NCBI GenBank assembly: GCA_964016885.1
Contig: OZ024746.1
Coordinates: forward strand, 3,596,001 to 3,660,000
Length of the DNA: 64,000 nucleotides
Direction of reading: 5' to 3'
From: Eledone cirrhosa
Taxonomy: Eukaryota
Both the position numbers and the translations under genes were made by a program. Below, one piece after another: positions 40,931 to 55,217 of this stretch. How positions within the stretch are numbered: position 1 is the first letter of the stretch; each line of letters starts with the position of its first letter. Below the pieces are notes generated by a model. That model did no database searches, was not told where the DNA came from, and worked only from the letters and a program-made list of their open reading frames with translations.

Positions 40931-41534
40931 GTTAGTCCTTCATCAGTGATCTTCCAACCATCATTGGTATTTCATCGCTTTAAAAACCATATACCTCCGG
41001 TTGGTGCGAGCAACGGCTAAAAAAAGTCGTTGGGACACGTAAATAAAGGGAACACGAAAGTGTAAACAAACAAAGATGGTGAAGCAACGAAAAGTGAGGA
41101 AGAAGGAGTCAAGTCCCAAATTTCCATGAATATAAGTTCGGTGAAATCGTGAACGAGAGAGAATAAAGACCATCAAACCTGGTTGGAATGTAAGCAAGGA
41201 AGGAATTCCGCACAGGTCTAACGGGAGGAAGAAGGGATCTAGTCTGTGAAATCGTAGACGAGAGAGAGAAAAAAAGCGAACCTGCCAGACCAAGGGTGCG
41301 AAAGAAAAGAATTACGCACAGGTCAAACGGGAAGAAGGAGGAGGAGGAGAGGTAGTAACAGAGAGTGAGTGAGTGAAGGGTGAGGAAGAGGCTAACAGAA
41401 AGAGTGACTGTTAGAGAGAGTAAAGATACAGAGAAAGAGGAAGCAGTAAGAACGAAATAGACGGGTCATATATATATATATATATATAATCTCACTATAT
41501 ATATAACCCACTATATATATATATATATATAATC

Positions 41535-41579
<45 letters not shown>

Positions 41580-41748
41580 CCTCACCGTATCTTTCCCAAC
41601 AGTCTGTCCTCTCTCGACATTCCCTCTATATTTCCGTAATTACTTCCTCCACTCTTACTTCCCTTTCACCGTCTTTCCCCCCACTCTCTCCAACACTCTC
41701 TCTAATTTCCCACACTTTTGTGTCACTGCAGTGTAAGTGTCTGTGAGA

Positions 41749-42121
41749 CATATACACCAGGTCCCGACACAAAGGAACCAAACTCCCACTTCCTCGGTCT
41801 CACCCACTCTCTCCCTATCTCTCATATACACCAGGTCCCGACACAAAGGAACCAAACTCCCACTGTCACTTCCTCCGTCTCACCCACTCTCTCCCTATCT
41901 CTCATATACACCAGGTCCCGACACAAAGGAACCAAACTCCCACTGTCACTTCCTCCGTCTCACCCACTCTCTCCCTATCTCTCATATACACCAGGTCCCG
42001 ACACAAAGGAACCAAACTCCCACTGTCACTGCCTCCGTCTCACCCACTCTCTCCCTATCTCTCATATACACCAGGTCCCGACACAAAGGAACCAAACTCC
42101 CACTGTCACTGCCTCCGTCTC
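41749..42121. repeat. 80-bp minisatellite, ~4.7 copies
   Basis: Unit starts at 41749, 41823, 41903, 41983 and 42063. Confidence 0.95.
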
Positions 42122-42191
42122 TCCCGCTTTCGCAAATTCTCACAATTATGAACAAATGGGGTCCACGATATGGCCGATCCGTTGCCCCGTT

Positions 42192-42550
42192 AGACTGGCC
42201 ACCCCCACTGGTGGACTGGCCTCCCCCACTGGCGGACTGGCCTCCCCCACTGGCGGACTGACCACCTCACTGTCTCGTCGGACTGGCCTCCCCCACTGGT
42301 GGACTGGCCTCCCCCACTGGCGGACTGACCACCTCACTGTCTCGTCGGACTGGCCTCCCCCACTGGCGGACTGACCACCTCACTGTCTCGTCGGACTGGC
42401 CTCCTCCACTGGTGGACTGGCCTCCCCCACTGGTGGACTGGCCACCTCACTGTCTCGTCGGACTGGCCTCCCCCACTGGTGGACTGGCCTCCCCCACTGG
42501 TGGACTGGCCTCCCCCACTGGTGGACTGGCCACCCCACCACCCTGGTGGA
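42192..42550. repeat. GC-rich 21-bp repeat with a higher-order interspersed unit
   Basis: GGACTGGCCTCCCCCACTGGY units punctuated by CCACCTCACTGTCTCGTC. Confidence 0.9.
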
Positions 42551-43187
42551 CAGACTAGAGCTGAAACAAATACCAGAAATCCTTCTATCCAACAACGACC
42601 AACTCTACACTGGGACAGTATCATCTTCAATGGTGTCAGCCGTTCTAGCCTTACACAACCCCTTCCACTCTACTTTATCTCATACCACTCCTTCTCTTTC
42701 TAGTTTTCTGACAAAGCCACTACCACCACCACCACCACCACCACCACCACCACCACCACCACCATCAACAACACCAACACTACTACAACAACCACCACCA
42801 TCCATACAACCACCACCACCACCACCATCAACAACACCACCACCACCACCACCACCACCACCACCACTACTTCTATATAATTCAGTAAGGAGTGTATAGT
42901 GATGACATCATGTCAGTACGTCAGTGTAGAGCAGGAGACAGAAGCCCCACTGGACCGCCAACCGCCCCCACACCACATTAATTAGACGCTACCAACATTA
43001 AACTCGGGAATAGCCCCCTTCTATCATAACACAAGTTGACACGTGAAACTAGGAAAAGTAGGCCATGTATCTAGGTTTATACACTCACACACACACATAT
43101 ATGTATATAAATATATATATATATATATATACATATATATACTCACACACACACACACATATATATATACATATATATATACACATA

Positions 43188-43235
<48 letters not shown>

Positions 43236-43320
43236 AAAATGGAGCGCTGCGTGGTTGCACATGGGTTACATATGAATAAAATTAGTCCTTCATCAGTGAT
43301 CTTCCAACTTTCATTGGTAT

Positions 43321-43395
<75 letters not shown>

Positions 43396-43442
43396 TATAT
43401 ATATATACACACACACATACACACACATATATATATATATAT

Positions 43443-43494
<52 letters not shown>

Positions 43495-43543
43495 ATATGT
43501 GTGTGTGTGTCTGTGTGTGTGTATATATATATATATGTATGTA

Positions 43544-43615
<72 letters not shown>

Positions 43616-43625
43616 CGCGTGTGTT

Positions 43626-43703
<78 letters not shown>

Positions 43704-43774
43704 CATACATATATATATATATACACACACACACATATATACACACACACACATATATATATGTGCGCGTGTGT

Positions 43775-46700
43775 TTGCGCCTCCACCACCCGGGCCCATT
43801 GAACGGCTTTCGTCCCCTCGTGTCTTAGAGCACACGTTCTAGCTCTGACAACGCAGCCTTCATGCTTTGCATTGAAGAATTGGTCGAGTGCCAATCTCGC
43901 CGCAAGCACGTCAGTTGTGATGCCTGTCCTAAACGCCTCTTCTAGCTTTCTAACTAACTCTCCCTCTATCACTACTCCTTTGCTAAACCTTATCGATTCT
44001 ACTCTAATAGCCCTTTTCAGGGTAAACCACCACCTGTTGTTGACGATCCCACCCGTCAACGCACGCTTAACTAATCGCTAATCCGGTCTCTAAGCATTGC
44101 GCGCCGGGAACGACGCGTTCAGCTTCCAGTAGCCGGGCCCTTGCCTATGGAGTCTATCTAAGTCAACTTCACAAATCACAAATTTGTGGTCCGTGTACTC
44201 GACTACTTTAAATTGTGGACAACCTACACTTATTTGTTTCCCTACAGAATACCCTATCTAAATACGATCTGGATGACCCGATGCGGTTTTCCCATGTCCA
44301 CATTGGCACATTCGAATAATCCAGTCTATACGTGTCAGACAGTTTAAAACGTCTGAGCAGGTTGTTGAGGCTTTTACACCCTCCTGCCCTGTCTACTAGC
44401 CCCACATAACCCCAGCGTGCATCTAAGATACCGTGCCAGTCGCCCACTAACACTAAAGAGCGGGACGTTCCAAGAAAGGTCTATAGACGTCTGAAGAAAT
44501 CTGGCCGTCCAGCCCCTGTTGAGGCTTAGACGGCTACTAGCCTGAAAGCATTGCCTTCGCTGCCGGTCACGTCCAGCACCACCGACTTACCTTCTGGGTC
44601 CAGGAAGATGGCCCGTATGGCGATCCAAGCCTCTCCGAAAAAGCACGGCAACTCCTACCCCCGATCCTGGACGGCTGGGAGATGCGTATACATCGTAGCC
44701 GTTCAAGATCGGTGCGAAGGCTCGTGCTTCGGAGATTCTGGTTTCGCTGATGGCCACTACATCTATGTTTAGTGACCTGAGGTCTTTGAACAGGTGACCC
44801 TGCTTCCAAGACCCCAAGCCACGTACATTCATACTGCCTATTCTAAGTACGGCCATGTTGGATGAGAAACGGGGTAAGTGAGAAAGGATCACTTACCTTG
44901 ATCGTGTGGTGAAGGGACAGTAGAACCGTCCCTTTGGCTGGTCATGGGTGTTTCCAAGAGGATGTCGGTGTATATCCTCTTGGTAACCGACCCTCTGAAG
45001 TCTCCAACTGTGTTGGGGAATTTTTCTTTTAAAAGTTTGTAATGTTCTATTTTGATTTCAATGATATTTATGTTTTTCGGGAGAGTTCTTGGTGTTGGTG
45101 GGGTGTAGTAGTTTTTTTCTGTGATGTCTGTGTGCTGCTTTATATCTTGTAAGAGTTCTTTATTTGCCATGTTTATGGCTGTGTATTTTGGGGTGGAGGG
45201 GTGATTTTGTTGCTGTTTTCTTGTTGTTGCTGTTGTGTGTGTGTGTTTTGTTGTGTTTGCGATGTTGGTGTTTTTGGTGATGCTGGTGGTGGTGTGGTTG
45301 TTGTTGGTGTGATGCTTGTGGTGGTGATGGTGGTGGTGTTGCTGCAAGTCTCCTTGCAGCCTTTACCCCTCTGTGTTTGCCTTCGCTTTTGGACGGTGAA
45401 GCTAAGGGTTTTTTTCTTTTTTCTTTTTTTTTTTGTGGTAGACCGTTTGCCACTTCCCTCCCGCCTCATACTCCATGTCGGATTCCGTGGCGTCTGGGAG
45501 GGGGATGAGCTTCACTGCTGTTGGTGGTGGTAATGGAGCCCGCTCCGGCGATTTTGCCGCCGGTGTAGCTACTGCGACTATTAGTGTTGCCGCCACTGCT
45601 GCCGCTGCTTTAGTTGTCCGTGGCCTTGGTATGGGTGCCACGGACGTTGCCCTCCTACTCACCATGGAAGGGTCTTCTGCCTATGTTGCCTGCACTGCTC
45701 TTGGTAGCAGCAGATCAAGCATCGGAAGGAGGGGGCCCCTCTTCTTGGCTGTCTTCTGCGGGCAGAAGGGTTACCGTAGGGCGCCTTCCTTCCACGCTTA
45801 TAGGGAGTTGGAGTCCTTCCTCGAGGTCTATGATGTCTGGAATGGCCTCGATGCACTCCTGGTCTGTTTGTATTAGCATTTGCATGCCTATTCCTGACCA
45901 GTTCTCTCTTCCTATTCTCTGTATTTGAAGTATGGTGGGTCTTCTCCCCGAGTGCAGCAAGTACAGACGCGGCCAGCCAAGGTATGGGAACGTCGGGCGG
46001 GACCTGGGTCACTTTGACCCTCACAATTTTCTGCCCGCAGTAGGAGGGCAGCAAGACTATCCCCCCACTCTTTAGGGTTTCCAAAGAGTGAGACTTCGCC
46101 TCTTGGGATGTGGCGAAAAGTACGTCTACTGTGGCGTACTTTTTGCCTCGGGTGATGTGGTTTTTGCGCGTCCAGACGCATCCCAAGGTCTTTTGGATTT
46201 GAGCCTTCGTGGTTCTCTCCACCCGATGTGACATTTTGCTTACGGTGGTCTTTGCTGCTGGTATTTGAAGAAATCGAGTGGAGGTTTCAGGGAAACTCTA
46301 TTATCATTTCTAGTCACCATGGCTCTTGCGACTGCCATCTTCTCCTCCGTGACTAGCACTGTCTCTATATTTCGGGCCATATCTGCGAAAGAAGTGGCCC
46401 CTTTTTCAGCGGCACCATTATTGCTGCCGCTACTGCTGCTACTGGTCTTGTTGGTGCTGTTGCTACTGCTACAAACGGTGTTGTTGGTGTTGTTGCTGTT
46501 ATCACTGTTGTAGTTGTGTTTTTGGTGCCACCGTTGTTGTTGTTTTCGGTGAAATTTGTATTGTTGCTGTTGGTGTTGTTGTTTATTTTCTTGTTAGTGG
46601 TGTTAATATCGTTGTTGCATTTGTTGTCATTTTTTTCTGTTGTCTGTATTTTGGTTGTCGCTGTTGTAGTTGGTGGGGTAATTTTTAAAAAATTAGTGTT

Positions 46701-47008
46701 CTCAGTGTTGTTGTCTTTGTTCACGTTGTTTGTGGTGGTGTTTGTTGTATTAATTTCTGTGAGATCCTCCTTTCAACTTTTTCGCCATTGTCACACGACG
46801 GCAGACATATTGCTAGGGGGGGGGGGGCGTGGTTCAGCAATGTTTTTATTTTTTTATTTTTAAAAGTAAAATGTTCAAATATTTGGGCTAAAAGGCCCAA
46901 ATATTATACTTTCCTCTTGACAGGGCAAAGTCCAAGGGCTTATATCCCTTACACAACAGGTAGATAAAGCGACTTACTGGGAGCGAGCAAGAGACGTCCG
47001 AACAGACC
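43775..47008 (-). mobile_element. Decayed Tx1 LINE of a second family (5' UTR, frameshifted ORF1, N-terminal third of ORF2)
   Basis: Fragments MAVLRIGSMNVRGLG, GDWHGILDARW, SRSYLDRV, GYWKLN, IVNNRWW and [11 protein letters not shown] are colinear with ORF2 of the intact element. ORF1 remnants are Asn/Thr-rich with SFAD and VEGRRP. The element ends abruptly in a microsatellite. Confidence 0.9.
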
Positions 47009-47009
47009 A

Positions 47010-47290
47010 ATAATAATAATAATAATTGTTTCTACTTTTGGCACAAGGCCAGCAATTACCCAGTGTATCACTGGTACTATAATGGTGATGGTTTCTGATT
47101 TAGGCACAAAACCAACAATTTGGGAGGAGGGGAAAGTGGATTAAATCGACCTCTGTACGTTACTGGTACTTTATTTATCGATCCTCTAAGGATGAAAGAC
47201 AAAGCTAACCTCGGCGGGATTTGAACTCAGAACATAAAAGGCCATAACTCTATGCCGCTAAGCATGTTGTCAGACGCTCTACCGATTCAC
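47010..47290 (-). mobile_element. SINE plus an additional SINE 3' fragment
   Basis: GGGATTTGAACTCAG, core, and tail with (TAA)n. Confidence 0.8.
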
Positions 47291-47640
47291 TAATAGTAAT
47301 AGGTATTTTAACTCATTACAGTTCAGTTCCAGTTTTAGTAATAAGTAATACTAATAATAAAAACATTAAAAATGCCATTGTCTTTTATTACGATAATGGC
47401 GACGTTTGGGAGGACATGAGGAATTGTTGTGGACAGACGGCAATTTTACATTGACTATAAGAAGAAGAATGGAAAGCAAACAAATGAAATGATATTAAAA
47501 AAGAATGTCTGTTGTTTTATTCTGGTTTCCGTTATTGAAACAATGTTTTCAAATGATTTTAGTCGGTTATATGACCTACAGTACATATTATATGTGTGGT
47601 ACTTAATTTACCGCGCTTTAATCGTCGACTGTTAAGTTGA

Positions 47641-47672
<32 letters not shown>

Positions 47673-47766
47673 GTAGAACACTGGAAGGTAATATCCGTAG
47701 TGGTAGAGCACTCAGTCCATGGGACAAGTTTGGTAGAAGTAGTAATACAACAGTTAGTTCACCATA

Positions 47767-47807
47767 CTGAGAACAATTGTTTCACCTTATGCGGATCTTC
47801 AGCTCAG
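47767..47807 (-). ncRNA. Minimal type I hammerhead ribozyme (left arm of the same fold-back)
   Basis: CTGAG-CTGAAGA-TCC.GCATAA.GGT-GAA-ACAATTGT-T-CTCAG. Confidence 0.82.
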
Positions 47808-47816
47808 ACTCAGAGT

Positions 47817-47857
47817 CCGAGCTGAAGATCCGCATAAGGTGAAACAATTGTTCTCGG
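47817..47857 (+). ncRNA. Minimal type I hammerhead ribozyme (right arm of a fold-back)
   Basis: CCGAG-CTGAAGA-T.CC.GCATAA.GG.T-GAA-ACAATTGT-T-CTCGG. Confidence 0.82.
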
Positions 47858-48348
47858 TATGGTGAACTAACTGTTGTGTTACTACTTCTGTATAGATATA
47901 TATTTAAAAAATAGAGGTGTGACACACGAGTTGTGATATATTAGTAAAAAGGAAAAGAAAATGCTGACAAATTTTTCCCAGTGAAAAATAGTTTAATTAG
48001 GAATAAGTATAAATAAGTATTAGTTAGTATTCAGTTTTAGTTTTAAGTTTTTACCGGTTGCGCATTTTAATGCTTTTCAAAAATAATTTTGAGATAGAGC
48101 GCTCGTGATGTTTGCTCTAATCTGATTAGTTTTGGAAATTCTTCCTGTTTTATGTGGAAAAAGTGGCTCCAGAGGTATTAAGATTTGGTTGGTTGTTGAA
48201 TGTCACGTGAATAAGCACTATAAATTTCGCGCCAATTCGTGTTGCAAAAATTCTTGTAGTCAAAACAATTTTGATTGGTCGGTAGAAGTCACGTGAATGT
48301 TTAAATTGATTTTAGCGCGAACTGGTTTCGCACCAAATGTAGGCTTGA

Positions 48349-48408
<60 letters not shown>

Positions 48409-49777
48409 TTTTTTACTCTTTTACTTGTTCTAGCCATCCGGCTGAGGTCATGTATATATGAAGGATTTGGGGCCTCGACGGCTGAGCTCCTGCCGTTTCA
48501 ACAGCTAGTGCAGAACTAGCTGTTGAATTCAGAATGTAAAGGACCTCAATTAAATGCCGCTAAGCATTTTGTCGGCCACTCTAATGACCCTACCAATCCA
48601 CGACCCCCATGGAACAGTAAATAAGATGTCACCAAATGTAGAGTGCTGGCTAAAACACCTTGGTCCTTCATATTCTGAATTAAAAACTTCACAGTACTAC
48701 TTTGTCTTTAGTCCTTCACTCTCAGTAAATATTATCTCTTCCATAAAATATGGAGTATTGTCTAGTAGGAAATCATTATAATTATTGCTAGATGTGAATT
48801 CAAACGCCGCCGAGGTTAATTTTGCCTTTCATCCTTACGGGGTCAATAAAATAAAGTACCAGTAATGCACTGGGGTAATTGCTGGCCTTGTGCTAAAAGT
48901 AGAAACAATTATTATTATTGCTAGATGTAAGGTGATATTAACAAAGCTGTTTTGATTCCTGTCGAAGCCATTTTATTTTACTTGCACTGCTCTTAATAAA
49001 GATATTTTAATTAGGATAGCTTAATTTCATATATAAGGTAATATAAAAGTTTCTCAAGTCCCGTGAAACCACCGTAAGCAATATCTCCGGCTCAGTGGAG
49101 AGAAGAAGAGAAATATAGATTTCTTTCGGGATAGAACGCCAGTCCACAACAGTTAATTGTTATTTGGATAATCTAATAATTCCTCTATTATTTATGGAAA
49201 AACTGTGTGGCCTTGAGAAATCTAATATGCAGTTAGGGAAACCGAGGTGATGTAAAATAAATGGTTCTGTCCAGAAAGAACGAAATGCTAAGCAGTACGT
49301 TTGAACTCCCGACATTATCTGTTGTGGTATTTAGCCTCTACAGTTTTTTTAAAAATTCTCAGATGAATTACAAATGGTGGTCTTATATACCTAAATAAGA
49401 AAACAGTTTAATCAGTAGAGCAGAAATAAAGGTCTAGATTGGAAATTGTTAAGGAATTCCCCAAACAACAAAGGTGTAGTGAATCAAGTTGTTTTGTTCA
49501 ATCTCAACCTCTCGTTAAGTTAAAGGAGGTAGGTGGGGAGAGAGGATAGAAGTAAACTACATTTCAAGGTGGAAGAATGTAAAGTATGTTGTGAAGAGAG
49601 GAGAATATCTTAATAGGAATATAATAGATAAAGAGGAGGATATGGGAAGTTCTACTAATTAAACTAACAGCTTTCATTTGTAAAGTGTCAAAAATACGAA
49701 AAGATAAACCAATGTTGGAACAAGGACTATTTTAAACAAGAGTAACAGATGGAATCCTTTTATAATATGCGTTCATT

Positions 49778-49948
49778 TGGATTGGCAGTATCGGTAGAGG
49801 GTCGGACGGCATGCTTTGATGCATAGAGTTACGGCCCTTGCCATTCTGCGTTCAAATCCCGCTGAGGTTAATTTTGCCTTTCATCGATAATATAAAGTAC
49901 CAGTAATGCACTGGGTTATTACTGTGCCAAAAGTAGAAACAATTACTA
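49778..49948 (+). mobile_element. SINE; further partial copies at ~24705-24812(-), 35765-35900(+), 48796-48912(+) and 51770-51978(-)
   Basis: A/B boxes, core and AAAGTAGAAACAATTA tail. Confidence 0.8.
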
Positions 49949-52119
49949 TTGCTTCCTCATCCCCCGCTTTTCATCAACCTAATTCCATCACTAGGATAAA
50001 AATAATCCTATGCATGGTCATTTGACTTGTTAGAAACGTTAGTCAAATATCCCTCAAATGACACTACCGTTTTAAAAAAGGAAGTCCACACTGGATAATG
50101 TAATGTGAGGGCCCTTATGTCTGACAAAGAAAAGAAAAAGGGACAGCATATTCATGACTGAAATACTTTTGATTACATGCCTATGCCTACTCGATAAGGA
50201 GTGACCTGGGGCTAAATAAAAAGAACAGCTTGGTGAAGTGAGCTCTTGTCGTTTCAACAGCTAGTTTCAGGTCTAGAACTAGCTGTTGAAACGACAAGAG
50301 CTCTGGAGTATTGTTATGTTAAACATTGGTCTTGGGTATTGGTGGGGTGGGACTCTTCATGGAAGCTAATCTGAGAAGTTTCCTACGTAGTATGTAATAT
50401 ATGCTGGAACATATACCCAGACTTAAAGTATCAAGAGATCCTAAAAAATTTCTTCTTCCTATCTGAACAATTTTATTGTGATTAGATCTTATCTTCAGTA
50501 GGGTTTGAATTCAACACTGCAAACTAGCAAAACAAGCACGAGTTACAGAGTTTCAACATTTCTTCTCCAAAGCTTAAGCTGTTCCTCTCTCGATGTCGAA
50601 GTTTTTTCAACTTAAGTATCTTTGACCAATTCATAGCACAGTTCCAGCAAATGGACAACAATTTGACCGAAGAGCAGCCAATATATAAACGGACTAATCA
50701 GATGTCGTTCAATTGGGTGTCTAGAAGTTAAACCCTATGATTTTCCGTTAGTAACTGGTAACGAGCTACTTTTGTGTCGTGATAGGAAATGAAATACATA
50801 TTATTCGAGTGATTCACTGTAATATAGATATTTAGAATTTCAGAAAGACATTTATGGTCTATATAAAGCGGTTAAGAAGCACTAGAAACTCATATAACCA
50901 GAGACTTCCCGTGGATAGGGGTCTATTTAGGTAAAGACAGATTTACGTATTAACTCTAAAGGATGTTTTCATTTCTCTTCCCACATCACAGAAAACCCGC
51001 CAGAAGCTTTAATAAAACGGAAATAATCTTTACGTGTGGGAACAGATTTTAATAGCTGAAACGAGACGACATTATTTCACATTATGGTGACATTTCAAAC
51101 AGAAAATAGATACTAAATATTTGAACACAAGAAAGTATTGGTAATACATTAATGTGAATGAAAAGCTTTCTTTAGTTTCTGGGTCACAACATTAATAACA
51201 ACTGGTATCTTCCTTATAATTTCAAATTAGATGAATGAATATTCTAGCATTGACGAAGGTATATTCTTAGGTTCAGGTTAAAGAAAGTAAACATGTCTCT
51301 AAATAAAATTACCCAATAAAATAAAACTGTCACTGTGATAAATTATCACTGTGAATTGTTTTCGTGGGTGTGATAGTATTTGGCACGAAAATGCTTTTGT
51401 ATTTCGCTAAAATAACAATAGGAGGTGTTTCCCACATAAATTTTAATGCGCCTTTTTTTTGCACGTGTAACCAAAAATATTCTGAATTTTATCAAACCTT
51501 TATTTATATTCTGGCTTTTTGTTATGGGTTAGGCTTGTCAAATCTATTCAAAAGAAACGTGTGGAAATATACTTATTATAGCAACAATATACTAATTTCA
51601 TAGACAAGCAAAGCAATTCAGATTTGTTGTGCAGAGGAAATGAAATTGTGGCATTCATGCATTTCTGAAGGACATGGCTGCAACCAAGAATCAAAACTAT
51701 GAAGTGGATTAGTTTCACTAAGAAACTAACTCATCCTAAAAGAAACTGTCTAGGTTCTCGTAATAGTGACTTCTAATTTAGTACAAAGCCAACAAATTTA
51801 AAGGAAGGGTAATGTTAATTACATCAACCCCAGTGCATTACTGGTATTTTATTTTATCGATCTCGGAAGGATGGAAGACAAAGTTGACCTTGGTGGGATT
51901 TGAACTCAGAATATATAGAGGCAGAACAAATAACATAACGGCATTTTATCCGATGCTCTACCAACTCTGCCAACCACCTACCCTAGACCTTCTCAATATT
52001 CATTTCTTTTGATAAAGTACAAAAACCTTGCAATGAAAGTTATATGAATATTGTGGGGTTTCTATGGCTTTAATCACTTAAGCAGAGCAGTTTAACTACA
52101 GCCCCCAAATCAAACTTGA

Positions 52120-52346
52120 GTGAGGAGCCGAGTTCACCGGAAGCTAGCATCCATTCCAGGACTCATCAGCGAGGTATCCCTAATATTAAATGATTAAAGG
52201 GAGCCAGACGACTGAATGTACAACTCCCTACGTATGTGAGGAGCCGAGTTTACCGGAAGCTAGCATCCATTCCAGGACTCATCAGCGAGGTATCTCTAAT
52301 ATTAAATGATTAAAGGGGGCCAGACGACTGACTCCCTACGTATGTG
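52120..52346. repeat. ~116-bp direct repeat, 2 copies
   Basis: GTGAGGAGCCGAG starts at 52120 and 52236. Confidence 0.9.
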
Positions 52347-52501
52347 AATGTTTTGTTCTGTTGATATATTGTATACACAGCAGTTGCGATGGCGTCATGT
52401 TGAATTACTGCCGATGTTTAAGGACAGAAACACAACTTATTTCTTACACATAATCTCACTTGTTTATTTAATATAACATTTTACTTATTGTAGTTTCACT
52501 G

Positions 52502-52538
52502 TACTACCACCACCACCACCACCACTACAACTACTACA

Positions 52539-52570
<32 letters not shown>

Positions 52571-52635
52571 TACCACCACTACTACTACCACTACTACCAC
52601 TACCACCACTACAACTACTACTACTACTACTACTA

Positions 52636-52681
<46 letters not shown>

Positions 52682-52712
52682 TACTACTACCACCACCACC
52701 ACCACCACTACA

Positions 52713-52744
<32 letters not shown>

Positions 52745-52788
52745 CACTACCACCACTACTACTACTACTACCACCACTACTACTACCA

Positions 52789-52840
<52 letters not shown>

Positions 52841-52925
52841 CACTACTACCACCACCACCACCACCACTACTACAACTACTACTACCACTACTACCACTAC
52901 TACCACCACCACTACTACTACTACG

Positions 52926-52994
<69 letters not shown>

Positions 52995-53552
52995 GCTGCT
53001 GTTGCTACTACTACCTCTGTTGCTACTACTACCACTACTTCTTGCTGCTGCTGTTGTTGCTGCTACTACTGTTGCTGCTGCTACTACTGCTGGTGTTGTT
53101 GCTTCTACTACCACTGCTGCTACTACTACTACTACTGCTGCTGCTGTTTCTACTACTACCACTGCTGCTACTACTACCATTACTACTGCTGCTACAACTG
53201 CTGCTGCTGCTGCTACTACTGCTACTACTATTATTATTGCTACTACTACTACTGCTACTGCTGCTACTACTACTACTATCACTACTGCTACTACTACTGC
53301 TGCTGCTGCTACTACTACTGCTGCTGCTACTATACTGCTGCTACTGCTACTACTACTATTATTACTGCTGCTACTACTACTACTATTACTGCTGCTACTA
53401 CTACTACTACTGCTGCTACTACTACTATTACTGCTACTACTACTACTACTACTACTACTGCCACTACTACCACCAGCACCACAACTACCACTACCACCAG
53501 CACCACAACTACTACTACTACCACCACAACTATTACTACCACTACCACCACA

Positions 53553-53593
<41 letters not shown>

Positions 53594-53701
53594 CACTACA
53601 ACTACTACTACCACTACCACCACAACTACTACTACCACTACCACCACAACTACTACTACTACCACTACCACCACGACCACTACAACCACCACCACCACCA
53701 C
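52502..53701. repeat. ~1.2-kb (CTA/CCA/CTG)n trinucleotide array
   Basis: Direct reading of the sequence. Confidence 0.97.
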
Positions 53702-54156
53702 CTGATAATCTAGAAGAAGTGGAGGCAAGGTTATATGTTACAACCTCAAGCCTGGTCGCTGTTCTAAACATATGTTTACAAAATGGCGATAAAAAATAAG
53801 CAAGTCTAACATTAGGGAGGTTTGTTATAAAGGTTGATGTCGAGGATGACGATGGCAGTTAGAGCTTTCATCTTTCTAGAACTCATTAATTCCAACAAAA
53901 TGCTTACAGACATATAAATACGTATCAGTATGGCTGAATTATCAAATTTTACCCGCAACCATACCCCTCACCCACATAACCGAACAACTCTTTAGAATGA
54001 TATTTCACAGCTGGAGATGATGATAGAGTCGTCTTGGTAAAATACACGAGTACCCTCTTTGTAAAAATACCCAAGTTTTCAGAAAAAAAAAAAAATTAAC
54101 GAGTTCCTCAGTGTGTAACTGACTTTTTGTACAATGAATTTATGAGAATTTCTCAC

Positions 54157-54185
<29 letters not shown>

Positions 54186-54190
<5 letters not shown>

Positions 54191-54478
54191 TCATCTTGGT
54201 TAAGAGAGTGGGACTGGCTTTGTGCAGTGCCTTTGCTCACTATAAAAGCTTCACGGCACAGGCATTGCTTTATATCTGGAGATCTCTCTGCACTTGTCGT
54301 CACATGGTACCATGGGCCCAGCACTATGTGTCAATAATTGTCACAAGTGTAGTGTTTGTACCAGAGTTTTCAAGTCGCTGGCTGGACTAAAAAGTCACAC
54401 TCGTTCAGCGCATCGGTAGGGGTTCTCCTACATGGATATAAAGTAGTGGCCGTACTCGAAAACGAGTTGGCAGCCACC
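54186..54478 (+). mobile_element. 5'-truncated copy of the RTE-derived element
   Basis: Matches the 3' half of 55218-55823. (TATG)n on both sides. Confidence 0.7.
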
Positions 54479-54505
54479 ATGTATGTATGTATGTATTTAT
54501 GTATG

Positions 54506-54650
54506 TTTTCTCTTTCTCTTAATTTCGAGTATATTTTTTTGACCGGCCACCTTCCTGGTGGCAAGGTTGTAAAAGAAAAGAAATTGTCATCCCTTGAATC
54601 GCAAGAATGTTTTGCATATTTTGAAGGTGCCAGCTATCGCAGCCATTTGT
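54506..54650 (-). mobile_element. RLE family A extreme 3' end
   Basis: Matches ~62258-62401. (TATG)n on both sides. Confidence 0.88.
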
Positions 54651-54715
54651 GTATGTATGTATGTATGTATGTATGTATGTATGTATGTATGTATGTATGT
54701 ATGTATGTATGTATG

Positions 54716-55192
54716 TTCTTCTGGTTTTATAATTCACAAATTGTTTCCCAATAGAGAGAGAGAGTCGGTTTCTAACATAGACACAAGATTCTCTCATTGG
54801 AATTTACACAACATCAACTAGGTAGATATGTATGTATGCATGCATGTGTAGATATGGATGTTATTGTATGAGTGGATGTGTATGTTTTGAGTTGTATGTG
54901 TGCATGTGTATATGCTTTCTATCTGTACATGTGTATATGCAGTTATTAGATGCAAAATTTTTGGTATGTTTTACATATCTTTACTGTTCCATTAATGGAT
55001 TGTACTTGTAATTTCCTAACTAGTTGTGTTCTTTCTGTTCATGTGAAGCCCAGCTTCTCAAGATTTGTATTGAGGCAGTTACTAACATACCCTAGTGCCC
55101 CAATAATCACAGGCATAAATCTGAAGATATAATCAGGGTGGAGTATCTGCAGATTTCTCATTAGTTCTGCATAAATAGTCTCCTTTTTGCTA
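54716..55192 (-). mobile_element. RLE family B 3' fragment
   Basis: Matches ~59878-60355. (TATG)n on both sides. Confidence 0.87.
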
Positions 55193-55217
55193 GTATGTAT
55201 GTATGTATGTATGTATG

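Noticed and set aside
52485-53799. Ser/Gly/Ala/Leu-rich ORFs
   Set aside because: Trinucleotide microsatellite that is open in several frames at once.
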